The notes: generated from the sequence alone by a model not told the origin. A stretch of DNA of 47,174 nucleotides from an uncultured Candidatus Saccharibacteria bacterium (GCA_964522475.1 CAZFVK010000001.1:5168-52341), one strand, 5' to 3'. Positions 31,525 through 41,463 are shown, numbered from the stretch's first letter. Translations and numbers: made by a program.

Positions 31525-31617
31525 GGAGGGTTACCCAAGTGGCTGAAGGGGACGGTTTGCTAAATCGTTAGTCTGGAGTGATCTGGAGCGGGAGTTCGAA
31601 TCTCCCACCCTCCGCCA
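31525..31617 (+). tRNA. tRNA-Ser(GCT)
   Basis: Acceptor stem GGAGGGT/ACCCTCC, discriminator G plus CCA, anticodon arm ACGGT-TTGCTAA-ATCGT, long variable arm and GTTCGAATC T-loop. Confidence 0.97.
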
Positions 31618-31721
31618 ACTCAAAATCGCCAATCTTGGCGTTTTTTCTTGCTCGCTCTATGATGTAGTAATAACGCTTCGCAAGAAGAAAATACCAATCT
31701 TGACGATTTTGGAGTTGGCGG
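31612..31721. repeat. 110-bp imperfect foldback starting in the tRNA 3' end, containing a small terminator-like hairpin (31627-31646)
   Basis: Arm 31612-31655 (ccgccaactcaaaatcgccaatcttggcgttttttcttgctcgc) pairs with arm 31675-31721. Confidence 0.85.
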
Positions 31722-31738
31722 TATGCTATAATATCTGT

Positions 31739-33199
31739 ATGAAATGGGTGAAATATGTAATTGCGTTTTTGGTGCCGGTGTTGGTGGTGTTGGGTGTTAA
31801 CCAGAGTTTAGACAATGATTCTTGGGATGTTTTGGCGCAGGGACGATATATTGTAGAGAATGGAATTTATCATGAGGATGTACTGTCGATGCATGAGGGG
31901 TTACATACGGTGGTGCAAAATTATAGCTTTTCGGTAGTCTTTTATCTGATTCATTCGGTGTTTGGGGCGCCGGGAATTTATTTTACGATGCTGTTACTCT
32001 TTTTGGTGGTACTATTTTTGCTGTATAAGATTTGTATGCTGATCAGTAATAAAAATACGAAATTGTCTTTAATTTTGATGATAGCGACTGGGGTGGTATT
32101 GGCATTAGAGTTTGTGGTGACAAGGGCGCAGATGATTGATTATATAGTGTTTCTTGCGCTAATTTATGTGTTAGAACTATATATCAGAACAGATAAGACT
32201 AAATATTTGTGGTGGATACCGGGGCTATCTATTGTGCTTGCGAACGTTCACGCGTCGGTGTGGTGGATAATTTTTGCGATTATGGTGGCTTATATTATAG
32301 ATGGATTCCGAAAACCGAAGAAAATTTTGCAAGGTTATAGGAAATGGCCGCTGATTTTAAGTTTGGTGGTTTCGGCGGGGGTGGGGGTAATTAATCCATA
32401 TGGGATAGAAATGATTACGTCAATATTTACAGCATATGGGGGGATGGCGAGTTTAGAGATTGTGGATGAATTAATGTCGTTCAATCCGATGGTAGATTAT
32501 GGGTTAATTTATTATTTAGCAATAATAACGGTAATAACCTTATACGCTTTTGCTAAGGAGAAACCGCGAGTGAGATATTTACTACTTTTCTTTGGTTTTT
32601 TGTTTATGGGACTTTCTAGTACAAAAGGGATGAGTGAGCTTTTGATTACGATGTTTTTCCCGTTGGCGTATATTTATAAAGATTTTAAGATGCCGAAGGC
32701 ATTTTATAACCAAAAGATAGGGCGAATTGTCACGATTTGGGTGGCGATATTAACGATATGTCTTTTTGCAGTTGTAACGATAAGAGCGATAATGATGGTG
32801 GAAGATAGACCGAATCGAGCGATAGAAGAAGCGATTGACGTGATTGATGAAGAAGTAGGAGACAGAAATAAGAGGGAATTGAAGATATATGTGGGATACA
32901 ACCAGGGTGGCTATGTAGAATATAGGGGCTATCCGGCGTATTTGGATCCGAGGGGAGAATATTTTATGAAAACGTTCAATAAGAAAGAGGACATTTTAAA
33001 AGAATGGTCGGATTTAGAAACCAATAAATTAAAAATAGAGGATTTTTTGGATAAGTATAATTTTGATTTTTTGGTGATAGAAGAATATTGTGAAGAAGCC
33101 CTGAAAGATTTAAAGGATGAGAGATATAAGCTTATTTACAGTGATGAGGAGAATGAAACTAGAGTATATAAAAAAGTTGAAGCTTCGGGTAGAGTGTGA
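31739..33199 (+). CDS. Polytopic membrane protein, putative GT-C-fold glycosyltransferase (start moved from 31700)
   Basis: DNDSWDVLAQGRYI luminal loop after TM1, RAQ, ANVHA and INPYG motifs; about 11 TM segments. Confidence 0.6.
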   Translation: MKWVKYVIAFLVPVLVVLGVNQSLDNDSWDVLAQGRYIVENGIYHEDVLSMHEGLHTVVQNYSFSVVFYLIHSVFGAPGIYFTMLLLFLVVLFLLYKICMLISNKNTKLSLILMIATGVVLALEFVVTRAQMIDYIVFLALIYVLELYIRTDKTKYLWWIPGLSIVLANVHASVWWIIFAIMVAYIIDGFRKPKKILQGYRKWPLILSLVVSAGVGVINPYGIEMITSIFTAYGGMASLEIVDELMSFNPMVDYGLIYYLAIITVITLYAFAKEKPRVRYLLLFFGFLFMGLSSTKGMSELLITMFFPLAYIYKDFKMPKAFYNQKIGRIVTIWVAILTICLFAVVTIRAIMMVEDRPNRAIEEAIDVIDEEVGDRNKRELKIYVGYNQGGYVEYRGYPAYLDPRGEYFMKTFNKKEDILKEWSDLETNKLKIEDFLDKYNFDFLVIEEYCEEALKDLKDERYKLIYSDEENETRVYKKVEASGRV

Positions 33200-33212
33200 T
33201 ATAATATAGATT

Positions 33213-33602
33213 ATGAAAAAGTTACTAATTAGAGTAATTCTTCCACTATTAATTTGTGGAGCTTTGGCAGGTGTAAGTGTAGCTAACGCTACGGGGGCTT
33301 TTGCGACTACTCTTAGTGAGGGAGCTGAGGCGGCAAGGTGCGATGGCTGCCCAGAGAACCTGTTTGGTGACGCTGGCGTATTTAAGCAGGTGACTAACAT
33401 TGTGCTTTATATTGTTGGTGTGATTGCGGTGATTATGTTAATTATCGGTGGTATTAAATATGTAGTATCGGGTGGTGATGCGAAGAAAGTAACTGATGCG
33501 AAGAACACCGTGCTTTATGCGATTATTGGTTTGATTATTGCTTTTCTAGCGTTTGCGATTGTGAATTTCGTTATTACTTCATTACCAACAGCATCTAACT
33601 AG
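33213..33602 (+). CDS. TrbC/VirB2-like pilin
   Basis: Signal peptide; GGIKYVVSGGDAKKVTDAKNTVLYAIIGL between two hydrophobic helices. Confidence 0.85.
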   Translation: MKKLLIRVILPLLICGALAGVSVANATGAFATTLSEGAEAARCDGCPENLFGDAGVFKQVTNIVLYIVGVIAVIMLIIGGIKYVVSGGDAKKVTDAKNTVLYAIIGLIIAFLAFAIVNFVITSLPTASN

Positions 33603-34281
33603 AGTAGGCTAGTAGACAGATGATGAATTTTTTGGCTCCGGCGGATTGTAATTTTTTGAGGGCAGAAGTAACGGAAGCGCCGGTGGTCCAGACATCGTCT
33701 AGGAGGATATAGGTTTTTGTTCCATCAATTTTGGCTTTGGGGTTGATGCTATAAGCGGATTTGGCTTGGGAAAGACGTTTTTCTCGATTGGAGCCAACTT
33801 GGGTGGTGTTTTGATTCCTGATTAAAATTTTTTCTACGGTGAGGTTGCGGATTTTGGCGAGATTTTTAGCGATTTTGTAGGTGTGGTCAAAACCGCGGGT
33901 GCGGATGTGGTGGGTGGCGGTGGGGAGGGGAACTAAGACGGAATTTGTTGGTAAATTTTGGGGTAGAGAAGCATCCAGAAGTTCGGTCAGGGGGCGGGCT
34001 AGAGCACGGGTGGAATAGTATTTATAATCATGGATAAGAGAGCCGAGCAAGCCACTGCGGTCAGAGACTACGTAAATAGGTGGCAAATCAGGGCAATGTT
34101 TGCAAAGGGTGGAGGATTTTTCTTTTTTACAATTAGGACATATTTTGGAGTGATTTTTTAAAATGTAATTTTTACAACGCTCGCATAATGGTTCACCGAT
34201 TAATCCACAACCCTTACAAGAGTGAGGAAATATTAAATCTAAAAGGCCGGGAAATGTTGTATTTTTTACAATAAAAGCCAT
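33595..34281 (-). CDS. comF: ComF family protein (zinc ribbon + PRTase), likely start 34281
   Basis: LLDLIFPHSCKGC, CxxC pairs, RGFDH and LLDDVWTTGAS. Confidence 0.9.
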   Translation of the reverse strand: MAFIVKNTTFPGLLDLIFPHSCKGCGLIGEPLCERCKNYILKNHSKICPNCKKEKSSTLCKHCPDLPPIYVVSDRSGLLGSLIHDYKYYSTRALARPLTELLDASLPQNLPTNSVLVPLPTATHHIRTRGFDHTYKIAKNLAKIRNLTVEKILIRNQNTTQVGSNREKRLSQAKSAYSINPKAKIDGTKTYILLDDVWTTGASVTSALKKLQSAGAKKFIICLLAYSS

Positions 34282-34345
34282 ATTACTCTTGATTTTACTA
34301 CGAAAGTGGTTTATAATAAAGCATAACAATATAAGTGGAGGAAAT

Positions 34346-34855
34346 ATGGCTCGTACAAATAGCGAAGATTTGTTAGACGATGACCTAGCTGCAGCGTTCC
34401 TGAATGAGGATGGTGGCGACGCAGCAGCGGCTCCAACTGTAACGGACGTTACGGAGGAGTTGGTTCAAGAAGAATCTAACGAACCAGCAACTGAAGATGA
34501 GTGGGTGAGCGAAACCGACGATTTTCCTGGGCAGCTAGCAGTAGATGTCTATGAAACGGCGGATAAATTAGTAGTAAAAGCAAGGACAGCAGGGATTTCG
34601 AAGTCTGATCTTGATGTCAGTATTGCGGATAATATCTTGACGATATCTGGCATATTGTCTGGCGGTGAAGACGAACAAACTACTCGGTGGCATATCCAAG
34701 AGTGTTATTGGGGCGAATTCTCCAGGATGATTGCTCTTCCTGTACAGGTGCGTGAAGATGAGAATAGTGTAAAAGCTGAACTAAAAGACGGTGTTCTCAC
34801 TATTACCTTCGAAAAGGAACAGGTAGAAGCGCCGAAAAGAATTACCGTTCAATAG
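34346..34855 (+). CDS. Hsp20/alpha-crystallin small heat-shock protein (likely start 34346)
   Basis: GQLAVDVYET, QECYWGEFSR and AELKDGVLTITF; GGAGG RBS. Confidence 0.92.
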   Translation: MARTNSEDLLDDDLAAAFLNEDGGDAAAAPTVTDVTEELVQEESNEPATEDEWVSETDDFPGQLAVDVYETADKLVVKARTAGISKSDLDVSIADNILTISGILSGGEDEQTTRWHIQECYWGEFSRMIALPVQVREDENSVKAELKDGVLTITFEKEQVEAPKRITVQ

Positions 34856-34891
34856 AGAGTGGGCGAACAAAAAGGTTACATACATTAAATA

Positions 34892-34919
34892 AAAAATCGG
34901 GCTATTAAGCCCGATTTTT
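34892..34919. terminator. Bidirectional intrinsic terminator
   Basis: aaaaatcgggct-atta-agcccgattttt. Confidence 0.88.
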
Positions 34920-34938
34920 ACGTAATTTGTATTTATGA

Positions 34939-35229
34939 TTATTGATTGAGAATGCTTTTGATGACGAAATTAACAATGGCGAAAGCAAGTGCGCAAATAA
35001 TCAAACCAACTACGCCGTAGAGAATGGTCTTTTTGCCTTTTTCTACTTTGCCGGCATCACCAACGGAGGTCATGTAATTGATGCCACCGATGATAATGAC
35101 GATTACGCAGACGATACTGAGCACAGCAATGACAGCGTTGATGATAGAAGTGACATCGCTTTTGAGAGTATTGCTACCTACGGTATCGATTGATTGGCCA
35201 ACGGCAAATTTTGTAATTGCATTATTCAT
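34939..35229 (-). CDS. TrbC/VirB2-like pilin
   Basis: GGINYMTSVGDAGKVEKGKKTILYGVVGL...AFAIVNFV. Confidence 0.85.
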   Translation of the reverse strand: MNNAITKFAVGQSIDTVGSNTLKSDVTSIINAVIAVLSIVCVIVIIIGGINYMTSVGDAGKVEKGKKTILYGVVGLIICALAFAIVNFVIKSILNQ

Positions 35230-35231
35230 TT

Positions 35232-35561
35232 TTAGCTACCTAGTATGTTGTTAATAACGAAGTTGACGATAGCAAAAGCGAGTACACAAACTACTAAGCC
35301 GATAACGCCATAAAGGATGGTGTCTTTAGCTTTTTTAACCTTGCCAGCGTCACCAGATGAAGTCATGTAATTAATACCACCAATAATAATTACAATTACA
35401 CAGACGATACCGAGAACACCGATTACGGCGTTGATGATGGTTTTGATGTTGTCCCAGAGTGTGTCACTTCCATCTCCTACTACTTTTACATTCGTACCTA
35501 CGTTTTGTCTGCTGGTATTGGTGCTATTATTTGCAGCGAATTTTGTAATAATATCGTTCAT
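35232..35561 (-). CDS. TrbC/VirB2-like pilin
   Basis: GGINYMTSSGDAGKVKKAKDTILYGVIGL...AFAIVNFV. Confidence 0.85.
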   Translation of the reverse strand: MNDIITKFAANNSTNTSRQNVGTNVKVVGDGSDTLWDNIKTIINAVIGVLGIVCVIVIIIGGINYMTSSGDAGKVKKAKDTILYGVIGLVVCVLAFAIVNFVINNILGS

Positions 35562-35621
35562 TAATAAATCCTTTGTTAGTTAGTTTTATTTTACAACGTT
35601 TTTACTAAGAATACAATAGTT

Positions 35622-36029
35622 TTATTGATTGAGGAGGCCTTTGACGACGAAGTTGACGATGACGAAAGTAAGGGAGGCAATAATGAGACCGACAACGGCC
35701 CAGAGGATGGTCTTTTTGGCTTTTTCGATTTTGCCGGGGTCACCAGCGGATGTCATATAGTTGACACCGCCGACTACGATAAAAATAGCGGCGACTATAC
35801 CGAGGATACCGATGACGGCGCTAATGATGTCGGTGATGGCATTTTTTAATTCGACAGTAGAGCCACCGCCACAGCCGTTGGCTTCTTTGATTGCTTGAGC
35901 GACGGGTTGGTCACAAATATCATTTGCGTCGGCATAAACGGCGGAAGTGCTTAAAAATGCTAAGCTGGGTGTCAAGAAAAAAGTGGTGGTAATTATAATA
36001 TTAATGATTTTAGGTATTTTGGTCTTCAT
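35622..36029 (-). CDS. TrbC/VirB2-like pilin
   Basis: Signal peptide; GGVNYMTSAGDPGKIEKAKKTILWAVVGL. Confidence 0.85.
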   Translation of the reverse strand: MKTKIPKIINIIITTTFFLTPSLAFLSTSAVYADANDICDQPVAQAIKEANGCGGGSTVELKNAITDIISAVIGILGIVAAIFIVVGGVNYMTSAGDPGKIEKAKKTILWAVVGLIIASLTFVIVNFVVKGLLNQ

Positions 36030-36780
36030 ATGACTCCTTGTTTATATTAGCGATAACGGAATTATTGACGTAAGAATTGGAATTGGCGTCTCGGATGATA
36101 TTGGAGACAAAGGCAGTGATGATTTGGGCTAGGGCAAAAATAACGAGGCCGATAATAGCATAGAGGATGGTCTGTTTGGCTTTTTGAAGTTTGCCGGGAT
36201 CGCCAGCGGCAGTGATGTAGCCCCAGGCACCGATTAGAATAAAGGCAGCAGAGACCGCACCCATGATACCGCCGAGCCAGCTGATTAAATTGCTAACGAG
36301 ACTGGCTTGATTGGCACAGCTAGCTCCTGGCATAGCACAATCGCTAAGTCTGGCACTGCTGCCGGCGAGGGCGATACGGATGGCACTAAAAATAGTATAA
36401 GCAGAAATCACTATGGCGAGACCAATGAAAGCATGGATGAGGGTTTTTTTGCCGTTAGCAGCTTTGCCGGGGTCGCCAGCAGAGGTCATATAAAGGAAAC
36501 CGCCGTATATAACATAAAATAGTACAAGATATGAGGCGATGACGCTGATGTCGGTAAGGATATTGCTGGCAATGGTGGCAATACTTTCGACAAGATCATT
36601 TTCACTCTCGATTTTAGGAGCATTACAATCCCAGTTGGTCATACCGAGAAAATACACACAATCACTTCCGTCACCGTATTCTCTAGCAGCGGTTGGCGTG
36701 GAATTGGTAAAATTAACAGTGGCAGAAACAGTGGCAATAATCCCTAAGAAGACCAGAAATTTTTTGAGAAAATTCTTCAT
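36010..36780 (-). CDS. Tandem double-domain TrbC/VirB2-like pilin (likely start 36780)
   Basis: Two copies of the Y(M/I)T(S/A)AGDPGK motif, each flanked by hydrophobic helices. Confidence 0.8.
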   Translation of the reverse strand: MKNFLKKFLVFLGIIATVSATVNFTNSTPTAAREYGDGSDCVYFLGMTNWDCNAPKIESENDLVESIATIASNILTDISVIASYLVLFYVIYGGFLYMTSAGDPGKAANGKKTLIHAFIGLAIVISAYTIFSAIRIALAGSSARLSDCAMPGASCANQASLVSNLISWLGGIMGAVSAAFILIGAWGYITAAGDPGKLQKAKQTILYAIIGLVIFALAQIITAFVSNIIRDANSNSYVNNSVIANINKESYEDQNT

Positions 36781-36837
36781 ATATTTACATAATAGCATAA
36801 ACCTACAAAAAAGCCAATAAAATAAGAGGTTTTAACA

Positions 36838-36866
36838 TTGACAAAAACGCTTATGTGTGCTATAAT
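36838..36866 (+). promoter_or_regulatory. Perfect sigma70 promoter for the T4SS-like operon
   Basis: TTGACA(36838)-N17-TATAAT(36861), with TG extension. Confidence 0.88.
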
Positions 36867-36896
36867 TGTTAGAAGCCTAATTGGAAGGCGATTTTT

Positions 36897-39800
36897 ATGA
36901 TGATAAGAAGAAAGGACCTAAAAACAGGTATCAGGTGGAAGTTTTTTGGGTGCTTTTTTGCTGTCTTCTTGATGCTTTCCAGCCTCTTTGGAACTTTGCC
37001 TGGTACAGGGGTGGATGTATACGCAGAGCCAGAAGAGGGAACTTCGGAATCTAGTGGGGTATCTTGTCAGGATAGCTTAGGGTCTTTAGGTTGGCTAGTG
37101 TGTCCTACGACAGGCAAAATATCCGAGGCGGTAGATTTCTTGTATGACAAGATAGAAGATGTACTAGTAATTAATCCGGTAGAAGCGGAAGATGGTTCAC
37201 CGGTGTATGAGATTTGGAAATATTTCCAAGGGGTAACGAACATAGTATTTATTATATTCTTACTCGTAATTGTGTTTTCACAGATTACGGGGCTTGGGAT
37301 AAATAACTATGGGATAAAGAAAGCTTTGCCGAAGTTGATTATTGCGGCAGTACTGGTGAATCTGTCGTTTTATATTTGTTCTCTAGCGGTAGATGTGTCG
37401 AATATATTTGGTGGCAGTATAAGGGGGCTTTTAGAATCGGTGGAAACATCGGCAGGGGTAGGGATGGAAGCTGGGACGGTGAGTGGGGCAAACCTTGCGG
37501 AGATGTATACGGCACTTGCTAGTGGGACAGCTCTCTCAATTGGTGGTGCAGTAATAGCTTTTGAAACTGGAGCGATTTGGATGATGATCCCAATGGCTTT
37601 AGGTGCTTTGGTATCGGTAGTAATAGGTTTAATTACGATTGCGATGCGCCAAGCGGTAGTAACACTTCTCATAATGATTGCGCCGCTGGCGATGGTAGCG
37701 TATATTTTGCCAAATACAGAGCAGTGGTTTAAAAAATGGAAACAGCTGTTGTTCCAGATGTTAATATTTTATCCAGCATTTTCTTTGCTATTTGGAGCGT
37801 CCTCTCTTGCGGGATGGGCAATTATTGTGTCGTCTAACAATGGATTTGGAATATTAATTGGGACGGCGGTACAGATATTCCCGTTATTCTTCTCTTGGAG
37901 TTTGATGAAGATGTCTGGTACAATACTTGGTACAATCAACTCCAAGCTCAACGCTCTCGCAAGTAAGCCGCTAGCTGGAGTGAATAGTTGGGCAGAATCG
38001 CATAGGGAATTGTCGCGCCAAAAACATTTGGCATCACCAAAGGCGTTTACTCCTTCAATGAGATTACAACAGTACTTGTCTGATCGGAAGATTGCAAGAG
38101 AAGAAGAAACTAGGGAACATGCGGAGACAGTGAAAAACAGAGGCTTAGCTTATGCGGCGATGAGGAACTATAACCGCAACGGAACTCCGTCAAAGGATGG
38201 TGAGGAATCATATGAAGCACAAGCAAGGAATGCGAGATACCAGAGGCAGATTCTTAGACATAAGAATAATATGAATAAGGGTATGGGGCAACTGGAGGCG
38301 CTCAAAGAAAATGGCACGGCTGCTCAAAGAGCAAGGCTATTAGAACTTGATGGGGCTAATGTAGAGGCATTTGATACGCTCAAGATGGAACAGGCGCGTG
38401 GCGAAATGATTGATTATAAGAACGCTAAGGGCTTTCATCAGAGAATGCAAGATGCTATTAATGTACATATGGATGATACTACTGGTAAGACGAAGAATGC
38501 GAATGGTGTAATGGAGAGCAGATTGAATTATAAACGTCACTTTGATATGGGTAGCGTGAGAGAGGCACAGGCGCGGACGAGATACTCTGAACTATCTAAA
38601 ATTATGGAAGGCAATATACAGGATGCGCAATATGCAGAGGCTACTGCGGCACACGCTTATGATACGCAGAATAAGATTGTGGCGACTAAGATGCAGAAAA
38701 TGGCAGATCTGACTCCGCCGACACAAGATTTGGTATATAGAATGAATGAGTTTACCAAAAATAAGGGTGCGGCGGAAAATATTGATCTAATTATACCGGC
38801 TTTGAAGGCTTTGAATATGCGGGGTGATACGGACTTGGTTAAGGCCCAGATAGATAATATATTAAATAAGAACATTGGCGGTGGGGTGGAGCTTGGTACG
38901 CACGCTTCGCAATCTTTGGCATCGTTCTTGATGTTTGATGTGAAAGATTCGGATCCGTGGCTCCGACGGTTTGGTAAATACATTAATCTTGAGACGGCGA
39001 GAATTTATAATAGTAATGATAGAAAGAATATGGAATTAACTTATGATGAATATGTGAAAGGCTATCATATTGAGCAAGACGCGACGACTGGACAGCCAGT
39101 AAAGATGTATGCGAAGAAAGGTATGAAGGAGCTTATGGAAGGTACGTCGCTTGATAACGTGGAAAGAACGGCGTTTGCTAGTTTTGACGATAGCCTTAAG
39201 CAGGCTTATAGTTATGTAGGTGATGACGGTAAGCGACATCTCGATACAGAAGAATATTTGCGTAAGCGTGAAGAGATTCAAACGGCGGTTGGGCCACAGT
39301 TTATTTCGGCGTCACTAAAATATCTGTCTGGTAGTGAACAGTTGGTGAATGCGGTAAGTTTCTTAACTGGGTATAATCACAAGCAAAAGAAAGATAGTAC
39401 TGGTAATATAATGTTAGATAAAAATGGCGATCCGCTTTATGAATGGACGGCCTCGTGGGAGGATAAAAACGGTATTTTTGCGGATGATCCGGAAACGATT
39501 AGAAAGTATTTCAATAAAAAAGCTTTGCAATATGTGACAGACCAGACACCGTCACAAATTCTGAGTATGCGTTCTGATTATTATGCGCCAATGCTTAACC
39601 ATTTGGCGATGGCGTATGAAGAGACTGATATGGAAGGCTGGACTGATGAGCAGGTTGCTGAACATGAAGAGTATATGAAGGAGCTTTCTGAAATTCAGAC
39701 TCGGTATGCTGATTTGCCGCCAGATGAAGCGAAGAAGAAGCGTGATATAGATAGAAAGAAGTTGAAAGACAGAATGGCTGGTGCACAGTTCAGACAGTTA

Positions 39801-40268
39801 CTTGACAGTAGAGGTAAACTCAATCAGATTTATAGAACAAGGCGTTCTGGTGCGGCGAACAATGCCAAGGACTGGCTCAGGAAATGGCTCGATCTTGATA
39901 ACGATGTGGCAATTACGATGAGACTAGATGAGGTTAGGAAGAAAGAAAAGGAAGAAATCAAAAAGGCTAGACAAGACAAACAGTCACAAGAGGGCGGTGA
40001 TACTTCTACGGCAGAAAGTAATAGAGTTTATACCGATGCGGATATAGCGGATTTTGTGTCGCATGTAGAGGATATGTGGCAAGATTTCAAGAGTGAGGAT
40101 GACGAGGTATTTTATGAGGAGTCTCACGACTATATTAAGAAAACTTTGAGTGCGGATAGTTATATTGTTAAGGAATATGAAAAGTATAGGGAAAATGAAC
40201 CGACTGCTGATAGCCATACGTTGAAGGACTATCTAGTTGACCTTTTGAGTGATCCTGAGAATTATTAA
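36897..40268 (+). CDS. Large membrane protein: VirB6/TrbL-like N-terminal TM domain plus ~770-aa soluble helical tail
   Basis: GWLVCP, KKALPKLIIAAVLVNLS and APLAMVAYILPNT...FKKW; first gene before PrgI/VirB4. Confidence 0.7.
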   Translation: MMIRRKDLKTGIRWKFFGCFFAVFLMLSSLFGTLPGTGVDVYAEPEEGTSESSGVSCQDSLGSLGWLVCPTTGKISEAVDFLYDKIEDVLVINPVEAEDGSPVYEIWKYFQGVTNIVFIIFLLVIVFSQITGLGINNYGIKKALPKLIIAAVLVNLSFYICSLAVDVSNIFGGSIRGLLESVETSAGVGMEAGTVSGANLAEMYTALASGTALSIGGAVIAFETGAIWMMIPMALGALVSVVIGLITIAMRQAVVTLLIMIAPLAMVAYILPNTEQWFKKWKQLLFQMLIFYPAFSLLFGASSLAGWAIIVSSNNGFGILIGTAVQIFPLFFSWSLMKMSGTILGTINSKLNALASKPLAGVNSWAESHRELSRQKHLASPKAFTPSMRLQQYLSDRKIAREEETREHAETVKNRGLAYAAMRNYNRNGTPSKDGEESYEAQARNARYQRQILRHKNNMNKGMGQLEALKENGTAAQRARLLELDGANVEAFDTLKMEQARGEMIDYKNAKGFHQRMQDAINVHMDDTTGKTKNANGVMESRLNYKRHFDMGSVREAQARTRYSELSKIMEGNIQDAQYAEATAAHAYDTQNKIVATKMQKMADLTPPTQDLVYRMNEFTKNKGAAENIDLIIPALKALNMRGDTDLVKAQIDNILNKNIGGGVELGTHASQSLASFLMFDVKDSDPWLRRFGKYINLETARIYNSNDRKNMELTYDEYVKGYHIEQDATTGQPVKMYAKKGMKELMEGTSLDNVERTAFASFDDSLKQAYSYVGDDGKRHLDTEEYLRKREEIQTAVGPQFISASLKYLSGSEQLVNAVSFLTGYNHKQKKDSTGNIMLDKNGDPLYEWTASWEDKNGIFADDPETIRKYFNKKALQYVTDQTPSQILSMRSDYYAPMLNHLAMAYEETDMEGWTDEQVAEHEEYMKELSEIQTRYADLPPDEAKKKRDIDRKKLKDRMAGAQFRQLLDSRGKLNQIYRTRRSGAANNAKDWLRKWLDLDNDVAITMRLDEVRKKEKEEIKKARQDKQSQEGGDTSTAESNRVYTDADIADFVSHVEDMWQDFKSEDDEVFYEESHDYIKKTLSADSYIVKEYEKYRENEPTADSHTLKDYLVDLLSDPENY

Positions 40269-40317
40269 ACTTTTAAACTAATCATAGAATTAAAGATGTT
40301 TGTGCTATAATATATAT

Positions 40318-41463
40318 ATGGCGCAATATAAGGTGCCTCAGGATGTTGAGGCGGACGACAAATTGCTCGGGCCGTTTAGTTTTCGTCAGTTTGTATATTT
40401 GATGATAGCTGGGGGCTTGGTTGCTACGGCAGTGGGATTATTTCAACTCTTTCCGATTTTGGCGATTATTCCAATTCCATTCGTAGTGTTTTTCTTGGCA
40501 CTAGCATTGCCTCTTAAAAAAGATCAACCGATGGAGACGTATCTTGCGGCGGTAGTGTCTTATTATTTAAAACCACATTCGAGGCATTGGATGCCAGGGC
40601 AAAAAGAGAATCCAATCATAATTACTGCACCAAAAATTGTAGAGCAGAAGCGGGCGCGGGATATTACGGGTGAAGAGGCAACGCATCGGTTGTCATTTCT
40701 TGCTGACATTGTAGATACGGAAGGCTATGCAATCAAAGGAGCGGGAGCGAGCCCTATGCGGGAAGATTTGATTGCGGAAGCGGAAGCAACGCCGGATATG
40801 TTTGAGACTTATCAATCTCAGGTGATTAATCGGGTGATTGACCAGGATAAAATGACGCGGCATCAAACGGCGGTGAAAGAGATGCAGGACGCGATTGCGA
40901 AGAATACTGTAAAAGCGGTACCAGAGAATAAGACAAATAGAGTATGGGGTGAGAAAGTAATTGAAAGACAAAGAATAACGAGGTCGGTGCCTACGCCTGA
41001 ACAGGTGCCTCAAAATGTATTCCAAGAAGCACCGGTACCAGTAGAAGCGGCGCCAGCTGTAATGGCACAACCGGAGCCAGCGGTGGTTCCTGAGACCCCA
41101 ACTGTACCAACTAGCATGGTAAATTTGAGAAGCAATGCGGTTTTGAAACCGGATGTAGATATTGATAATACAGACGTAGTGATTAGGCCGGAGATGGAGT
41201 CTATGAATGCTGCTAATAAAAAATTGAGAGTGCCTGGAGCGGAAAGATTTGGTGTAGAAATGGATGCTCAGGCAGGGATTGCTAGTTTGGCAGCGGGTCT
41301 TGGTACGAAGCCGACTTATACAAAAAAAGTTCCCACAAAACCAGTAAACGATAGTATAATGGAATTAGCAAATAATTCTGATTTTTCCGTTGCGACCATC
41401 GCGAAAGAAGCTAATAGAATCAATAGAAAGGAAAATGGCGAGATATTCGTTTCGCTGCATTAG
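40318..41463 (+). CDS. PrgI-family (VirB3-like) protein with an extended C-terminus (start moved from 40300)
   Basis: YKVPQDVEADDKLLGPFSFRQF, two TM segments and DQPMETY. Confidence 0.85.
   Translation: MAQYKVPQDVEADDKLLGPFSFRQFVYLMIAGGLVATAVGLFQLFPILAIIPIPFVVFFLALALPLKKDQPMETYLAAVVSYYLKPHSRHWMPGQKENPIIITAPKIVEQKRARDITGEEATHRLSFLADIVDTEGYAIKGAGASPMREDLIAEAEATPDMFETYQSQVINRVIDQDKMTRHQTAVKEMQDAIAKNTVKAVPENKTNRVWGEKVIERQRITRSVPTPEQVPQNVFQEAPVPVEAAPAVMAQPEPAVVPETPTVPTSMVNLRSNAVLKPDVDIDNTDVVIRPEMESMNAANKKLRVPGAERFGVEMDAQAGIASLAAGLGTKPTYTKKVPTKPVNDSIMELANNSDFSVATIAKEANRINRKENGEIFVSLH

Noticed and set aside
31525-31721. tRNA-Ser as an attachment site of a genomic island
   Set aside because: No direct repeat of the tRNA 3' end was noticed elsewhere, the nearby copy is inverted, and there is no integrase.
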